Shown here piece by piece: positions 47,650 through 59,979 of a DNA stretch of 64,000 nucleotides. The stretch covers positions 101,744,001 to 101,808,000 of the forward strand of contig CM052817.1 in assembly GCA_028534125.1 (NCBI GenBank). Direction: 5' to 3'. Below the pieces are notes generated by a model, which saw nothing but the letters and a program-made list of their open reading frames with translations, did no database searches and was not told the origin of the DNA. A program made the position numbers and the translations under genes. The stretch's first letter is position 1. The number at the start of each line of letters is the position of its first letter. This DNA is from Lama glama (lineage: Eukaryota).

Positions 47650-48420
47650 TCCAGGGACTTTTCTGTGATTAACTTGCGGTGTTTTTCCCCGTCACTTCTG
47701 CCATGATACATTATTCCATGCTCGTGGAATCTCTTTTCTCACTAAGTCCTGGGACACAGCCTGTCCTTGTCCCTTTCGGAGTTTCCCTGTCTCCTGACAG
47801 GCACCCTCTAGCACAGCCAAAGCTGCTGTCGTCTTCTTTACATCCCTCAGAGAACTTGCGTATCGTCTTCTCTAATGACCCACGATTACGTGGCTGCCCG
47901 AATCGCTGCGTCTACTCTGAAATTCTCTGTTGTGCTCCTAGTCCTAATTTCAAACTCATCACTGGACATTTCCGAATGGATGGCATGATGACTGCTGAAG
48001 CAAAATGTGTGTAAAATCGAATTCATAAACTGTGGTTCAAAAACCTGCTTCTCCCCACCAACCCCCTACGACTTCCCAGTTCTGTTAATTATGTCAGCAA
48101 GCACTAGCTCTTCCAGCCATCTCGCTCCCTTTCTCTCCTTGTCTCTTACCATCCAGTTAAGTTCAGTCACTTCCTCCATCACTGCGTGCCTGGACTCCAT
48201 CCTTTGCCCTCCCACTGCCATGGCCCTGGTTCTGTGCCTCCGACCTTGGGCTCCCTCATCGCCATCACCTCCTAACTGGCCTCGCTGGCTTCCCTCTCCC
48301 TCCAGGCTCTCCCCTGCAGGTGATGTGGCACTTCCTCGAGATGAATGTCCCTGAATTTCCAGTTGCAGAGTTATAGTTATTGGGTCACATCACTTCTTGG
48401 CTCAAAAATGATCAGTGGTT
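47650..48420 (+). mobile_element. Degraded L2 fragment (continues after the LTR at ~48980-49130)
   Basis: CCCACTGCCATGGCCCTGGTTC...CCTCCTAACTGGCCTC...TCACATCACTTCTTGGCTCAAAA. Confidence 0.55.
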
Positions 48421-48421
48421 T

Positions 48422-48976
48422 TGAAGTGGAAGGAAAGGGGGCAGAGCACAATCACTGAAAGAATGACAAAGCAACTGAGGACAGGACAAGCTTAGAACCA
48501 AGATGGCAGAAGATTTGATTTCCAGTAGACCTTGAGCCTCATGGCACACCCACAGGGGCCATCACAGTTCCTAGGCTGACCATAAAAAGTCAAAAAGTGG
48601 GTGGGGGTGTTTCCTGGAAGTCCTTACCCTTTCCCCAAAGTAGTTGGAATAATCCTCTGCCCATTAGCATATGAAATTACCGAGCCCATAAAACCTAACA
48701 ACTCTGCGCCTCCTGGTCGCTCTCCCTCTTGCCTTCTGAGATGGCCCACACTCTGTCTATGGAGTGCGTATCTGCTTTTACTTTAAACTAAACACCCCAC
48801 ACCTATTGGCTTCTCTCCCTCTCGCCTTTCTGAGATGGCCACATTCTGCCTATGGAGTGTGTGTCTCCTAAGCCGCTCTCCCTTCTGAGAGAGACAGACC
48901 TCACTCTGTCCACGGAGTGTGTATCTCTAAATAAACTTGCTTTCACTTTACCATGCCTTGCTCTTGAATTCTTTCC
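48422..48976 (+). mobile_element. ERV1-class LTR (MER41-like), 3' end eroded, internal triplication
   Basis: TGAAG start, CAAGATGGC, ATTAGCAT, CATAAAA, CTATGGAGTG repeats, AATAAACTTGCTTTCACTTTA...CTTGAATTCTTTC. Confidence 0.8.
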
Positions 48977-49140
48977 CTATTCCCCCACAACAATTTCTTA
49001 TTGCTTCTGAAGTCCGTTCCAAACTTAACTGCCCTGGGTCCCTCTGCTTCAGGGCCCTGGCTCACGTGTCTAATCTACTGTCCCCTCTAATTTCCCACAA
49101 GACTCTGCCCCATTCAAATTTAAAATCCCTGAAATGTTCC

Positions 49141-49325
49141 TATTTGTTTTTTTTTAATTTATTTTTTAAATTTATTTTTAATCTTTATTTATTTTTTTGA
49201 GGGGGAAGAAATTAGGTTTGTTGGTTTGTTTATTTACTTATTTACAATGAGGTACTAGGGATTGAACCCAGGACCTCGTGCATGCTAAGCACGCACTCTA
49301 CCACTGAGCTATATCCCCCGCCCCG
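49141..49325 (-). mobile_element. tRNA-derived SINE (vic-1-like), long form
   Basis: GGGATTGAACCCAGGACCTCGTGCATGCTAAGCACGCACTCTACCACTGAGCTATA; TGTTCCT on both flanks. Confidence 0.92.
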
Positions 49326-49472
49326 CACCTTGTTCCTTTTTGCATCCTTGTCTTGGTTTATAGCCTTTCCACCTCCTCTGGCACCCTTTCTCTGGCTTCC
49401 ATCTCCAGTGCTTCAAAACTCCTCATTCTTCACGGCCCAGGGTATGGCCCCTCTACTTCAAGGGGTCAATAC

Positions 49473-49503
49473 AGGAAGGAAGGAAGGAAGGAAGGAAGGA
49501 AGG
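49473..49503. repeat. (GGAA)7 microsatellite
   Basis: Direct reading. Confidence 0.92.
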
Positions 49504-49582
49504 GGCCTCCACAATGTGCCGCAGCTATTGAACTGACACACTTGACATTCAGGCTCCTCTGGGCTCCCTTCACTGTGGTCCT

Positions 49583-49750
49583 GTGTGCTTCTCAGCCTTG
49601 GCTGCACACAGAATTGCCCAGGAGCCTCTAAAAGCCCCTGGGGCCAGGCTGCAACCCAGACCAATTAAATCAAAATCTCTGTGGCTATGACCCATCATTA
49701 GAGTTTTTTTTAAAGCTCACCAAGTGATTCCTATATGCAGCCGAGAATTT
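49583..49750. mobile_element. MER5-like hAT relic
   Basis: TTCTCAGCCTTGGCTGCAC...CCAGACCAATTAAATCAAAATCTCTG...AAGTGATTC. Confidence 0.75.
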
Positions 49751-50155
49751 GTGTCTGCTAATAATGTGACCTCCTCTGTAGATGATTTTAGTGGCACTGC
49801 ATTTTTTTTTTCTTTTTTTGGGTGAAACTATTGGTCCTTGAGGGGTTTTTTGTTTTTGTAGCCTCCGTGATGTCTAGCATTGTTTCTTATCCTCAGGGGT
49901 CCTCCAGAGAAAGAAAACGTTTTGAATGAATTTAAAAAGGGAAAACAAATACAAAGAGTCATTTTTTAGGGAGGAATGCAAATCGGTTCAGTGGCTCTCC
50001 CACACAGGAATTGGTGAATTGTGTCTCTTGTATGTTAAATAGCTTGTTTTAAGAATTTTGTATAATCCATTTGTATCCAACCAGCTACTATGCCAATTAA
50101 ATGCTTATTACTGTTTGTTTAGTGAGGTTATACCTTACCCATGTTTCAATAGCAA

Positions 50156-50245
50156 TTTTTTTTTTTTAACGGAAGTACTGGGGATTGAACCCAGGACCTC
50201 ATGCACGCTAAGCACGCGCTCTACCACTGAGCTAGACCCTCCCCC
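50156..50245 (-). mobile_element. tRNA-derived SINE (vic-1-like), short form
   Basis: tRNA-like head directly followed by poly(A); TAGCAATT on both flanks. Confidence 0.92.
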
Positions 50246-50724
50246 ATAGTAGCAATTAATGAAATGCTATTCACACTTCAAAAATCTTGGAGGAGTACTT
50301 GTCTTACCTTGTGGATTGTGATCAAGATTAAACGAGTAGAGCTTCCAGGGGGAAACGCTTTAAAAAGCACAGTTAAAATATTATTTCTAAAGAGGCTGCA
50401 TTTTTGAAAAGAACTGAGGCAGTGAGAGCTCGTGTTTGATGCACTCTTCCTTTGGTGAACACCACGGACTGACTCAAGTCTAAGGGAAAGCTGGGGCCGT
50501 CTTGGGCATATCTGCTTAGTTCCACGCCCTGTATTTCCAGTAATGACATGTGAATGCTGCAGGGCTTACGTTAGTCTGTGGGGATGGGAATTAAATATAT
50601 TTGTGTCTAAATGGTTGCTATACTCAGGGTGAGGTGGTCTCTTACAGATAAAAACAGAAAGCAAAGAAAGAAAGCTGCTGAGTGAGTTCTTTTCTTTAGT
50701 TTATAAAAGCACACGGTGTGTCAC

Positions 50725-50917
50725 GGAGTGTGACTCAATGGCCTGGATCCTGGAACCAGACAGATTTGTGTTCAAGTTCTGGCTTACTTTCCCAGCTGGG
50801 CTGACTTTGGACAAAGTGCTGAGCCGCTCTGACCTTTGGGGTCCTCAGCTGTGGAACAGGGACAACACTTACATCTCGACGTTGTAGGGGAGGACTGTTA
50901 CACGATGTAGGTAAGGC
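50725..50917 (+). mobile_element. MIR
   Basis: TGGAACCAGACAGA...TTCAAGTTCTGGCT...GACTTTGGACAAAGT. Confidence 0.65.
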
Positions 50918-51344
50918 GACTGACCCTTCACAGGACCCCGTGAGTCTTCCCTGTTTCCTTAAAGCGCCATGGACATTAGGGATTTCTTTCTTTTTTTCCC
51001 CCATTGAACTTCTTCGTAGGGTTTTCCAGGTAATGTGCATTTTGTTGGTAAATTTGTAGACAGAAATATGCAGTTTCATTTTGGATCCGAGAGGTTTTCA
51101 TTCTTTGAAACCTAAAACGATTTCCTTCTTTTTCTTCTGTAAATTTGTTGAATATTTGAATTCCTTTGCAGTGTCTTTGCTGTAAATTGTACTTATCACA
51201 TATAATTTAAGTCAAGCAGGAGAGATGTAATGGTATAATATCGTTACCCTCAGATGGAGCATTCACTGTAGTGTACTAACTTTACTTCCAAGGAACTTAC
51301 GTTTCTCTTTGAAAAAAAATTCTTTTTTTTTAACAATAGTCCAG

Positions 51345-51473
51345 TATTTTTAATTTTTTAAATTTTTATTTTTTATTGAAGTGCAGTCGATTACAATGTG
51401 TCAATTTCTGGTGTATAACACAATGTCCCAGTCTTGCATGTACATACCTATATTCATTTTCGTATTTTTTTCC
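51345..51473 (-). mobile_element. Short lineage-specific L1 3' end
   Basis: TTTTATTGAAGTGCAGTCGATTACAATGTGTCAATTTCTGGTGT. Confidence 0.88.
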
Positions 51474-53249
51474 TTTTGAAAAAATTTTGAAACTGAGTCC
51501 CACTTGCAGAAGTTTCTGGAAACTCAGATTGAGGTGTCTCTATACTTCTGTAAGGAACAAGCCTTTGGTGGTCTTCTATTTAATTTATTGCTTTGTATGT
51601 CCATGGCTTGAACTAGTCACAGTAGTCTGTTATAAATCACAAACAAGAGTTCACCTTCACTTCATTTCCAAGTCCTACACACCAGTCAAATCTTATCAAA
51701 GAAATCTGGAAAAAGTCTGACATTTTGTTAGAACAACTGGCAAATCGATTTTTTCCTGCCTCCTTTCCACACTCCTTCCTTTATCCACTGCAGTGCAATT
51801 TGTATACTGTTTTTTCCAGTCTTCTTTTTTTTTTCTTACCTATATACTGTCTATGCAACCTGAAATTAATTTTTCAGGCATGAAATTGGGCACTTTGCTG
51901 CCCTACACAGAAACACTACAAGTCCAGCTGCAACAGAGACAAAGTACACGCCAGATTGATGTCAAGATCTACTTACATGTAAGCAAAATTAAATTTATGG
52001 ATTGGAGATGGAAGCCTGATTTTTCTCTGCCTCCCTGCTAAAAGCCAACTAAAATTTAGCAAGATGGAAACTGCCTGAGCCAGTCTGAGTGGACCCAACC
52101 CATTTCATTCTTTAAGGCTAATTGTAGTTCATTACTTAATGGATGAAGGCAGAGACCAGTTCACGTGGTATTAAGATTGACCCCAAGAACCTCTAACCCA
52201 AGGCCATCACTGTACCACATTTTTCAATACCTTGTCCAGATAGCTTAGGTCTTTCAAAAAATATTTTTTCAAGAAAGAGGTAAAATACATTTTCTATCCA
52301 CCCCAATTTTAATTCTCTGAATTTCACTCACAACTCAGCATTTCCCATTCCTGGAAAACTCATTAGATTTTTATTATTTTTTTTTTTCTAGCTTCCTCCA
52401 TTCCAGAGCTATGCTTCCCCAGCAGACCACCTCATCTTTGAGTTTCGAGTCCTTGGAATTTCACTTCCCAGTTCCAAAGCTAAGGAGCCAATATGCATTC
52501 CTTCCTTGTCTCAAAGTCCTTCTATTTTGAATACCCCAACTTGCCTACATTTATCAAGGGGAAAAAGGAATGCATTATTTTGGCCTGAAAAACTTCTTGC
52601 TGAGTCCCTATTCCATTAAAATAACACCATCGTATTAGGAAGAAATTGCCAATCCCAATTCAAAGGCCTGAACGAACCAGATAATTTCAGAAAGAATCGT
52701 TCTGTGATGGTTTCCATTCATACAGTGACTAAAGCAATTCAGGCTTAACTACACACCCTGATGATCAGTTGGTATTACAGAAAGTAGAGCTAACAATCGG
52801 GCTGAAATGAATTTCCCCATCCTTACCTATTTCAGATAAAATGGTCAATGTGGAGGATGAGCCTTTAGTCCAGATTCTTCAACTGGTAACTGAGATGTGG
52901 TTTTTATCTGAGTACCCAGGAAGCTCAAAGTTTGCTCCTTAATTCCTAAAGGTTTGACCACAATTCTTACACATATTGTGTGGTTGAATTCTGTGCCATA
53001 GTCATAGCATTTTGGAATTAGGAGCAACCTTAGAGGTACTGAGTCAAATGCCTTTCTTCACATTCTACAAGTGAGGAAATGGAGTTTCCATGACTTCTCA
53101 GAGAAGGATGAATCTGAGATGTCTTTTAGTTTGACTTCTCTTCCAAGGGAAGAATTTTTATCTTAGTATTTTTTAAATTAGATCATCTATTCTACTCCCC
53201 ACTAAGTTCTTGACATTCTCACTTGCCTTTGAACAGAATAGGTGAATCC

Positions 53250-53511
53250 AGTGAATTCAACAGATTCACAAGATACAAAATTAATATGCAGAAATCTGTT
53301 GCATTTCTATTCACTATCAGACATAGCAATTAAGGAAACAATCCCATTTACCATTACATTGAAAAGAATAAAATACCTAGGAGTAAACCTAAGGAGGCAA
53401 AAGACCTGTACTCAGAAAATTATAGGACATTGATGAAAGAATGGAAGATGACACAAAAAGATGGAAAGATATACCATTTGTTCTTGTGTTGGAAGAATTA
53501 ATATTGTTGAA
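53250..53511 (+). mobile_element. L1 ORF2 remnant (frameshifted)
   Basis: Translates to IKETIPFTITLKRIKYLGVNL and EDDTKRWKDIP, recognisable L1 ORF2p segments. Confidence 0.9.
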
Positions 53512-53526
53512 TATTTTCCATTATTG

Positions 53527-53527
<1 letters not shown>

Positions 53528-53570
<43 letters not shown>
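53528..53570. repeat. (TAT)14 trinucleotide microsatellite
   Basis: Direct reading. Confidence 0.95.
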
Positions 53571-55051
53571 TACCATTTGGGTCCTTAGCTAGTGCTAAGC
53601 AGCACAGATGTGGCATGGAGAAGGTGGAAAGTTGGATGTGCACAGACCCAGGTTTTTCCAGGGAGATGTGATGGAAGACCAATTGGGCAAACAGGTTGAT
53701 AATACTGGTGAGAGAGTGGTCAGATGACAGAATCGAGGCTGGCTGTGTGTAGCGACAGTCAGATGGGGCGGATAGGTAGGAATGCGGGGAAGAACTCAGC
53801 GAGAGAACTAGGGCAGAAGTTAGAGTTTAATATTTCAGAAATGGCATGATCACAAATAAAGATAGTTATTCTACATTAGTATGTCTGCCTACTCAAGATT
53901 TGATAATCTGTAAAATCTGTTATCACCTCTTCAACCCCAAGGAGTAGGCAGATCAAGAAACTGAGAGACTTGGCTATGAGTTTTTGCAGAGAACAGGTAC
54001 AAAAGTGTTAAATGAATGAGAGGAATGACTGGGAAAGTATGTCAGGTAAAGGTGGCAACATTGGAGCAGCATATGGTTTTCCCAGAAAACTAGAGGAGGA
54101 ATGATCTGGAAGGTATAATGGGGAATAAGAAATAAGACTCATGCTGTCTCCCAACCTTGTTCTTGAAGGCTCTGGAAGAATGTCAGCCTCTACCAGAAGG
54201 AGGGGGGCAGAGGAAGCCACGTCCTCAAGGACAGCCAGGCTTCTCTCAAGATGAGGAGGTTGAGGGGCCATTCAGGTGGTTGAGGACGGAGGGCACTTGT
54301 GGTCCCAGGAGGAGAGATGAGAAGATGGTGTTGTGGGGAGCTGGTTGGTGAAGCAGCAGGAGCAGGAAGTACTGGGGAAGGGAAAAGGCTGGGTGCATCT
54401 CCCAGTGGATTTCACTTTCTTCTATAGGACTTTCTGTATGAAGTTAATGGTGATTCCATGAGGTCAAAGAGCCACGCTGTGGCATTGTGTATTGTCACTT
54501 TGTGGTTGACAGTAACAACATTTCTTTTTAGAAGGTAAGAAGTATGTGGCCTTGATTACTAGATTATTAAAGTCATATTTTGATCTGAATTTTCTTTATT
54601 TTTAAAACATTACTGCTCTGCCTTTTCAACTTAATAATAATCACTGGAATTTTAGCTAAAATCTACCAGAAGGGAGAAATGAGTGTCCCTGTCCCAGTGA
54701 CTTGATCTAGAAATGCTCATGATGATTGTGTGCTGCATCAGTTAGCATCTCAGAGATTTCCATAATTCACAAAAAACAATTTTCTAAGTTTTAGCAGTTA
54801 CCAAAGAAGCTTTTCTATCAGATGAGAATTGGAAAAAAGGTAAGGTTAACTTAGCTGAGGGTTGTGAGCTGGGCATCTATCAGCCTAGGTTTCTCGGTCC
54901 TTCTGCCCCTCCACAAGCCCCTTCCCACCTGCAAACAGGAGGGAAAAATAAACCTTTAGCATGTTTGACTTCTGAAGTCTTAAGAGTCAATCTGTTAACG
55001 TCTATCTTGACTCATACACCATTAAACTGCACTCTCCTTGAAGGCAGGAGC

Positions 55052-55110
55052 TGTGTGTGTGTGTGTGTGTGCGCGCACACGCGTGCGTGTGTGCATGCAC
55101 ATGTGCGTGC
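55052..55110. repeat. 59-nt unbroken alternating purine-pyrimidine tract within an L2 3' fragment
   Basis: (TG)n GCGCGCACACGCGTGCGTGTGTGCATGCACATGTGCGTGC. Confidence 0.9.
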
Positions 55111-55504
55111 TTTAAAAATCTTTACAACCTGCACCCTTCACACAGTGCTTGGCATGTGGTCCATGCTTAGCACATGCTTAGTAAAGGAATGAATTCACAG
55201 AAAAAAGTATCTGAATGAATTCATCTTGGCCCAGTGAGGCATTCCCACTGAACACAACAGGAGCTGTCTCATCCACTTCTGGGGTGTTGGTTGTCCTCTG
55301 AGTCCCTGGTGCCCTCTGGTCCACAACCCGCTCCTTAGGCAAGTCACCATCTTTGAGGGTCCGGTGCTGACTGGCCCACTTGGTGTCCTGGGAAAGAGAA
55401 GTGTAGGAACCCCTTGAAAAAGCTCCACAGCTTTGACTTGACATTTTCCTCTGCCTGAAAGGATTGGGAACAGATAATCTGAATTTTGACAGCTGGCCTC
55501 TCAT

Positions 55505-55675
55505 CGTGTGCCAGCCACACGCTGTGGTAAGTGCTTCCCCTGAACGGTTAGTTCTCACAACAGTCTGTAACTACCACGAAGCCCATTTTACAGGGAAGGA
55601 AGTTGAGGCACCATGGACTTGACTGCTTCAGTTCCCACAGCAAGTGGGCGGAGCTGGAACCCCGGTCCCGGCTAT
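55505..55675 (-). mobile_element. MIR
   Basis: CCCATTTTACAGGGAAGGAAGTTGAGGCAC core. Confidence 0.65.
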
Positions 55676-56303
55676 CCCAGGTCAGGGCGGGTGCTCCTGA
55701 TTGCATTCTGTTCTCCCACCCCATGTCGCTGTCATGTCCCTACCTATAACCCTTTCCAGAGCTTCCCGGCTGCAGGACTCTGCCTCTGGGCTCCACGCCT
55801 TCAGCAACCTGGCCCCCACTGGCCACGGGTCCCTGTCCCATATCCCCGGGCTCCTTTGCTGGAGTGGTTCTTCCGTCCAGTTTTTTCTGGATGCTGCGCT
55901 AACTGTCCTGTCGGCTGCTCTGTCCTCAGGGTTCTTCGGGCTGGACCCTCCCCCTACCTGGTCCTCTGTGAGACCTCTTCCTCCCCTGGCTGGTTTGTCC
56001 CAGAGGTCTCAACTGTTTCCAGGTGTTAGCCATCCAGGGGGACGGTCCGCTGAGGCAGGTTTGCTGACTTCCTTCTCACCTGTCTGCGCCGAACCTCTTG
56101 GTCCACCTTGTTCATTTGATGCGCAGCATGGGAGCAAACTGCTTGGCTTGTCTGTGAGGGGATACTGTCCTCGTAGGCTAGACGGCCTCACAGGTGTGCT
56201 CGGGGTAAGACTTGTACACCTTTCTGACGGATACACCTGTGCTGGGCGCTGAGGACACTTTGTGCTGCCTCAGAGCCAAGAGGAACCCTAGGCAGGCGGT
56301 CCT

Positions 56304-56472
56304 CCAGCTGTAATTTTCTGAACCCTGTTCATCAATTTTTAAAATAAATTTTAAATTTATTTAAATTGTGTAATTTTATAATTTATAATATTATAATTTA
56401 TAATTTATAAAAATTAAACTTATTTAATTCTTTTTAAGAATCGTTGAAGAGGGTTCAGAAAATAACAGCTGG
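56304..56472. repeat. 169-bp inverted repeat / palindrome with AT-rich centre
   Basis: Outer 41-bp arms match at 36/41 positions; central TTATAATATTATAA is self-complementary. Confidence 0.93.
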
Positions 56473-57815
56473 CATCTTTTTATGCTGAGACATAGCTTGC
56501 ATACAGTGAACACACACATCTTTAGGCACAGTTTTCAGTGAGAACCTGATTTAGGAAGCTGAGTTTCAAGAAGTGAATTCTCTTCAAACTTCCATGAGTC
56601 CATGTACCCCAGGGTAAGTCCTCACGAGCCTCCAGAGTTCCCACCGGGCGAGGTCTCGCAAGGAAGGCTCTCCCCTCCTCCAAACTTTATATGACCTTTA
56701 TTGTATGGTTTACTGTTTTTGTTTTTTTTTTAGTTATGTGTGCTTATGGTAGAGAATGTGAAGTTGTCCAAGACTAAGTGGGTTCTTTCTGAAATTTTTG
56801 ATTGAGGGCTCTGTCTGTAAATCTCTGCTCCTTGTTGAAATCGGCAGACAAACAGACTGACATTTAGAGTCAGGTCATTAGACTGTGGGTTCAGGGTGGC
56901 GACCAGGGGCTTTGGTTGGGCTGAATGATCCATTGTACGCCGTTCGGGAGAAGGTCCAAAGTGCAGCTGGGCGCTAAGAGCAGGGGGCCCCAGGAGGCAG
57001 ACAGGCCCCCCAAAGAGCGTGATTGTGGTGCCCCAGAAGGCTCTCATCCTGTGCAGCGCCGACCCCAGTACCAACATGTGGGTGGAAGAGGTAAACAGCT
57101 CTGAGATCTGGCATTCCAGACAGCCACACACGTATCAGCCTAGATGCAAAGTGCTCACAGTACATCTGTGATTACATCTGACTTTATTAGTTGCAAAGGA
57201 TAATTGCATCCAGAAAATTCCCCACGCAAATATACGCCACCGAGACAGTGTGCATGGCGCTCTGAGAAAACCGTGTGGTAGAGAGGTTTCAAGGATGCGG
57301 AGTGACTTCCTAGCACTCATCGCTGATTCAGCGCTAGGCGGGCTGGAAGGAAGCAAGGCATGGGAGCTGCCAGAAGTCAGGATGTCAGACTCCTCCCTGG
57401 ATTCTCAAATCTTTTCATCTCTCAGCTCTCTGCCCCAAGTGTCTTGAGGGAGGAGAAGGCTTTTGGAAGACACCAGGCCAACAGTTACATTCTGGGGACT
57501 AGATGCTCAGGCAGGGCGGCTGATTTTGGTAGAGCTGAGGTTGAAGCCAACCCTGGTGCCCCCTCATTGGCACAGTGATCATGGTAATCAGCCCCGCCCT
57601 TTCCGGAAAGCCTGCTGAACCCAGCGGGGGGCACTGAATGCTGTGACCTTTCGCATCTGAGCAAGTTGAGGCCAGATTGCCTAATGATTAATGTAATTAT
57701 TTCCAGCACTGACATTTAGGAGCTGAGACATATTGGAGATCAAGTTCCGTATCATCGAATATTATAATTTTCCTGTATTTTAATTCTTGGTTCATTTAAT
57801 CATTCATTCATTTGT

Positions 57816-58006
57816 TTCTTTTTTTTTATTTTTGTTTTTATTTTTATTGAAGTATAGTCAGTTATAATGTGTCAATTTCTGGTGCATAGCATAACGTCCC
57901 AGTCATACATATCCATACATACATTCGTTTTCATATTCTTTTTCATTAAAGGTTGGCACAAGATATTGAATATAGTTCCCTGTGCTATAAGAAGAAACTC
58001 GTTTTT
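57816..58006 (-). mobile_element. Lineage-specific L1 3' end inserted in an L2 tail
   Basis: TTTATTGAAGTATAGTCAGTTATAATGTGTC...GAATATAGTTCCCTGTGCTATA; CATTTGT on both flanks. Confidence 0.9.
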
Positions 58007-59504
58007 TACATTTGTGTCAAATACTTATTGTATGCCCATCACTGTACACAGAGGGGTGAATGAGGTCCAGTCTTTGCCTGTGGGGAAGACAGATGCATAA
58101 GCAAGAGGTGTGATATGATGTTTGGAATGAGATGACAGACACAAGAACGAGATGACAGGAAAGCTCCGGCTCAACAGAGGGTGTTCAACCCAGCTGAGGG
58201 CCCTGGTGAGGTTCTGAGTTGGGGGTGAGGCCTGAACGACCCTTGGAAGATGAGGGAGATTAAGAAAAGACCCACAGGGATAGTGGGAGCAGGATCCAGA
58301 CTGAAACAAGTCCACCAGATTTGGTGACTGGGGGCCCCGAGTGACATCAGCCAGGTACTCTACTATCAATGCTCCAATAGCAAAAGGAGGGGGGATGAGC
58401 CGGGGGGATGAAAGGGGGGCATTCAGGTAAAGCAGGGGGACCAATGAGAGGCAAAGGTCCAGGTGAACCAGTAGGACTTCCAAAATGGTGGACATCACTC
58501 CAATGAAGCCATTTGGATAGGTCTTGTCTGTAGAGGGAAACTTTCTTTTTTGGCGTCCAAAGAGACAGAGGATACCCTCCTCCCAACCTGGAAACCCTTT
58601 GGGTGGGATGTAAGGCAGAACACAGTCTAGTGTGAGTGGCAGGAGGTGGGTGGAGGACCTTGGCCGTCTGGAGAGTCCGTGTCCTCAGAAGGCAGCAGCT
58701 GCCTCAGGGTTCCCGCCATACTTGTCATGGAAGACTGGAGGTCCAGCGTGGCTAGGTCAAGGGAAGCCAGAATTCTGGATTTTCGTGTGAAACCTTCCAG
58801 TTTTCAAAAGTTGGCAAATATTAAACAAAAACAGCATACAAGTCAAACAAGATATGTCTGCTGGCAGAACCTGGCCTCTGGCACCAGGCTGTAAGCTCTG
58901 ATTTGGGGCTTAAGTTTATCCTCACATCTTCCCGTGTCAGATCTTCCCTTCCTGGTACAACTCTGGAGAAAAACATTAATATGGAAAATAACATGCATAG
59001 TTGGAGAAAGGAAGCACAATAATGCGTTTAATCCTTCTAAGCCCGGTTCTATGCTGTGACCTCTCCAGGACTTTAATTTTAGTAAGTGGATTCCCTTCTG
59101 TCCACGCCGATTAACTGAATTTTCTTCGTTCATTTTCAAGTTCTCTGGAAAGTGGGATTGCTTCAGGAACCAGAAAAGACTTAATTACTTAGCTTATGAC
59201 TAAAAATAAAATGGAAAATAGTGTACTTTGGGTTTTTTTTTTTTTTCTAAATCTGGCCCTTATTCTACAGGGCAAGTCTGAAGAAAATTATAAATACAAA
59301 CAAGCAAGATATTTGCATGTGCCCAAAGAAACAGAGACCTGTTATAATTTATGCTCTGCTTGGCTTTGACAAGTGATCAGTTGGTTGTAGCAGGAAAATG
59401 ATGATAGATTAAAACCAGAGAAGTCACATGGAAACCTTATATCAGGTAAACAAAGACGCTTCAATTCAGAAATTTGATGAATCAAGCTATCAAACGCACT
59501 AGAA

Positions 59505-59692
59505 CAGTGGATCACAGACTGTCGTGTGCATCAGAATCACCTGGAGGGTTTCTTCAAACACAGGTTGCTGGGTCCTGTCCCCAGAGTTTCTGATTCAGTA
59601 GGTTTGGAAGTGGGGCAAGAATTTGCATTTCTAACAAGCTCCCAGGTAAAGCTGATGCTGCTGGCCCAGGGACTGTCCTTTGAGAACCGCTG
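59505..59692. mobile_element. MER5A hAT-Charlie relic, near full length
   Basis: CAGTGG...GCATCAGAATCACCTGGAGGG...CAGAGTTTCTGATTCAGTAGGT...TTTGAGAACCGCTG. Confidence 0.9.
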
Positions 59693-59979
59693 TTCTGGGA
59701 CATCTCCAGGCTTTGCTATTTATAGACATCACATCTGTGCCACATTGTGTTTAAATTTACTTAAAATTCATCAAGTCTTCTGGTTTATAAATGACTAAAG
59801 CTGACGTATGCTTTTGGACTACTGGACTGAAAGTCTGGCATTCGTTTTGTGAAAACAGAAGATGTGCTGGTCCAAGCAGGAGAGATTATTTATTAAATAT
59901 GGCCCAGGTTGTCTGTTCTCTTTTAGATGCTGTTGTCTCATTCAGGCTGGACTGGTGATGTGCTCACCTGGTAGCATCA

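Noticed and set aside
53242..53671. ORFs including a poly-Tyr stretch
   Set aside because: Frameshifted L1 ORF2 remnant plus a (TAT)n microsatellite.
55613..56252. 138-aa and 183-aa overlapping ORFs
   Set aside because: Ser/Pro/Leu-rich, begin in or beside a MIR remnant, no recognisable homology.
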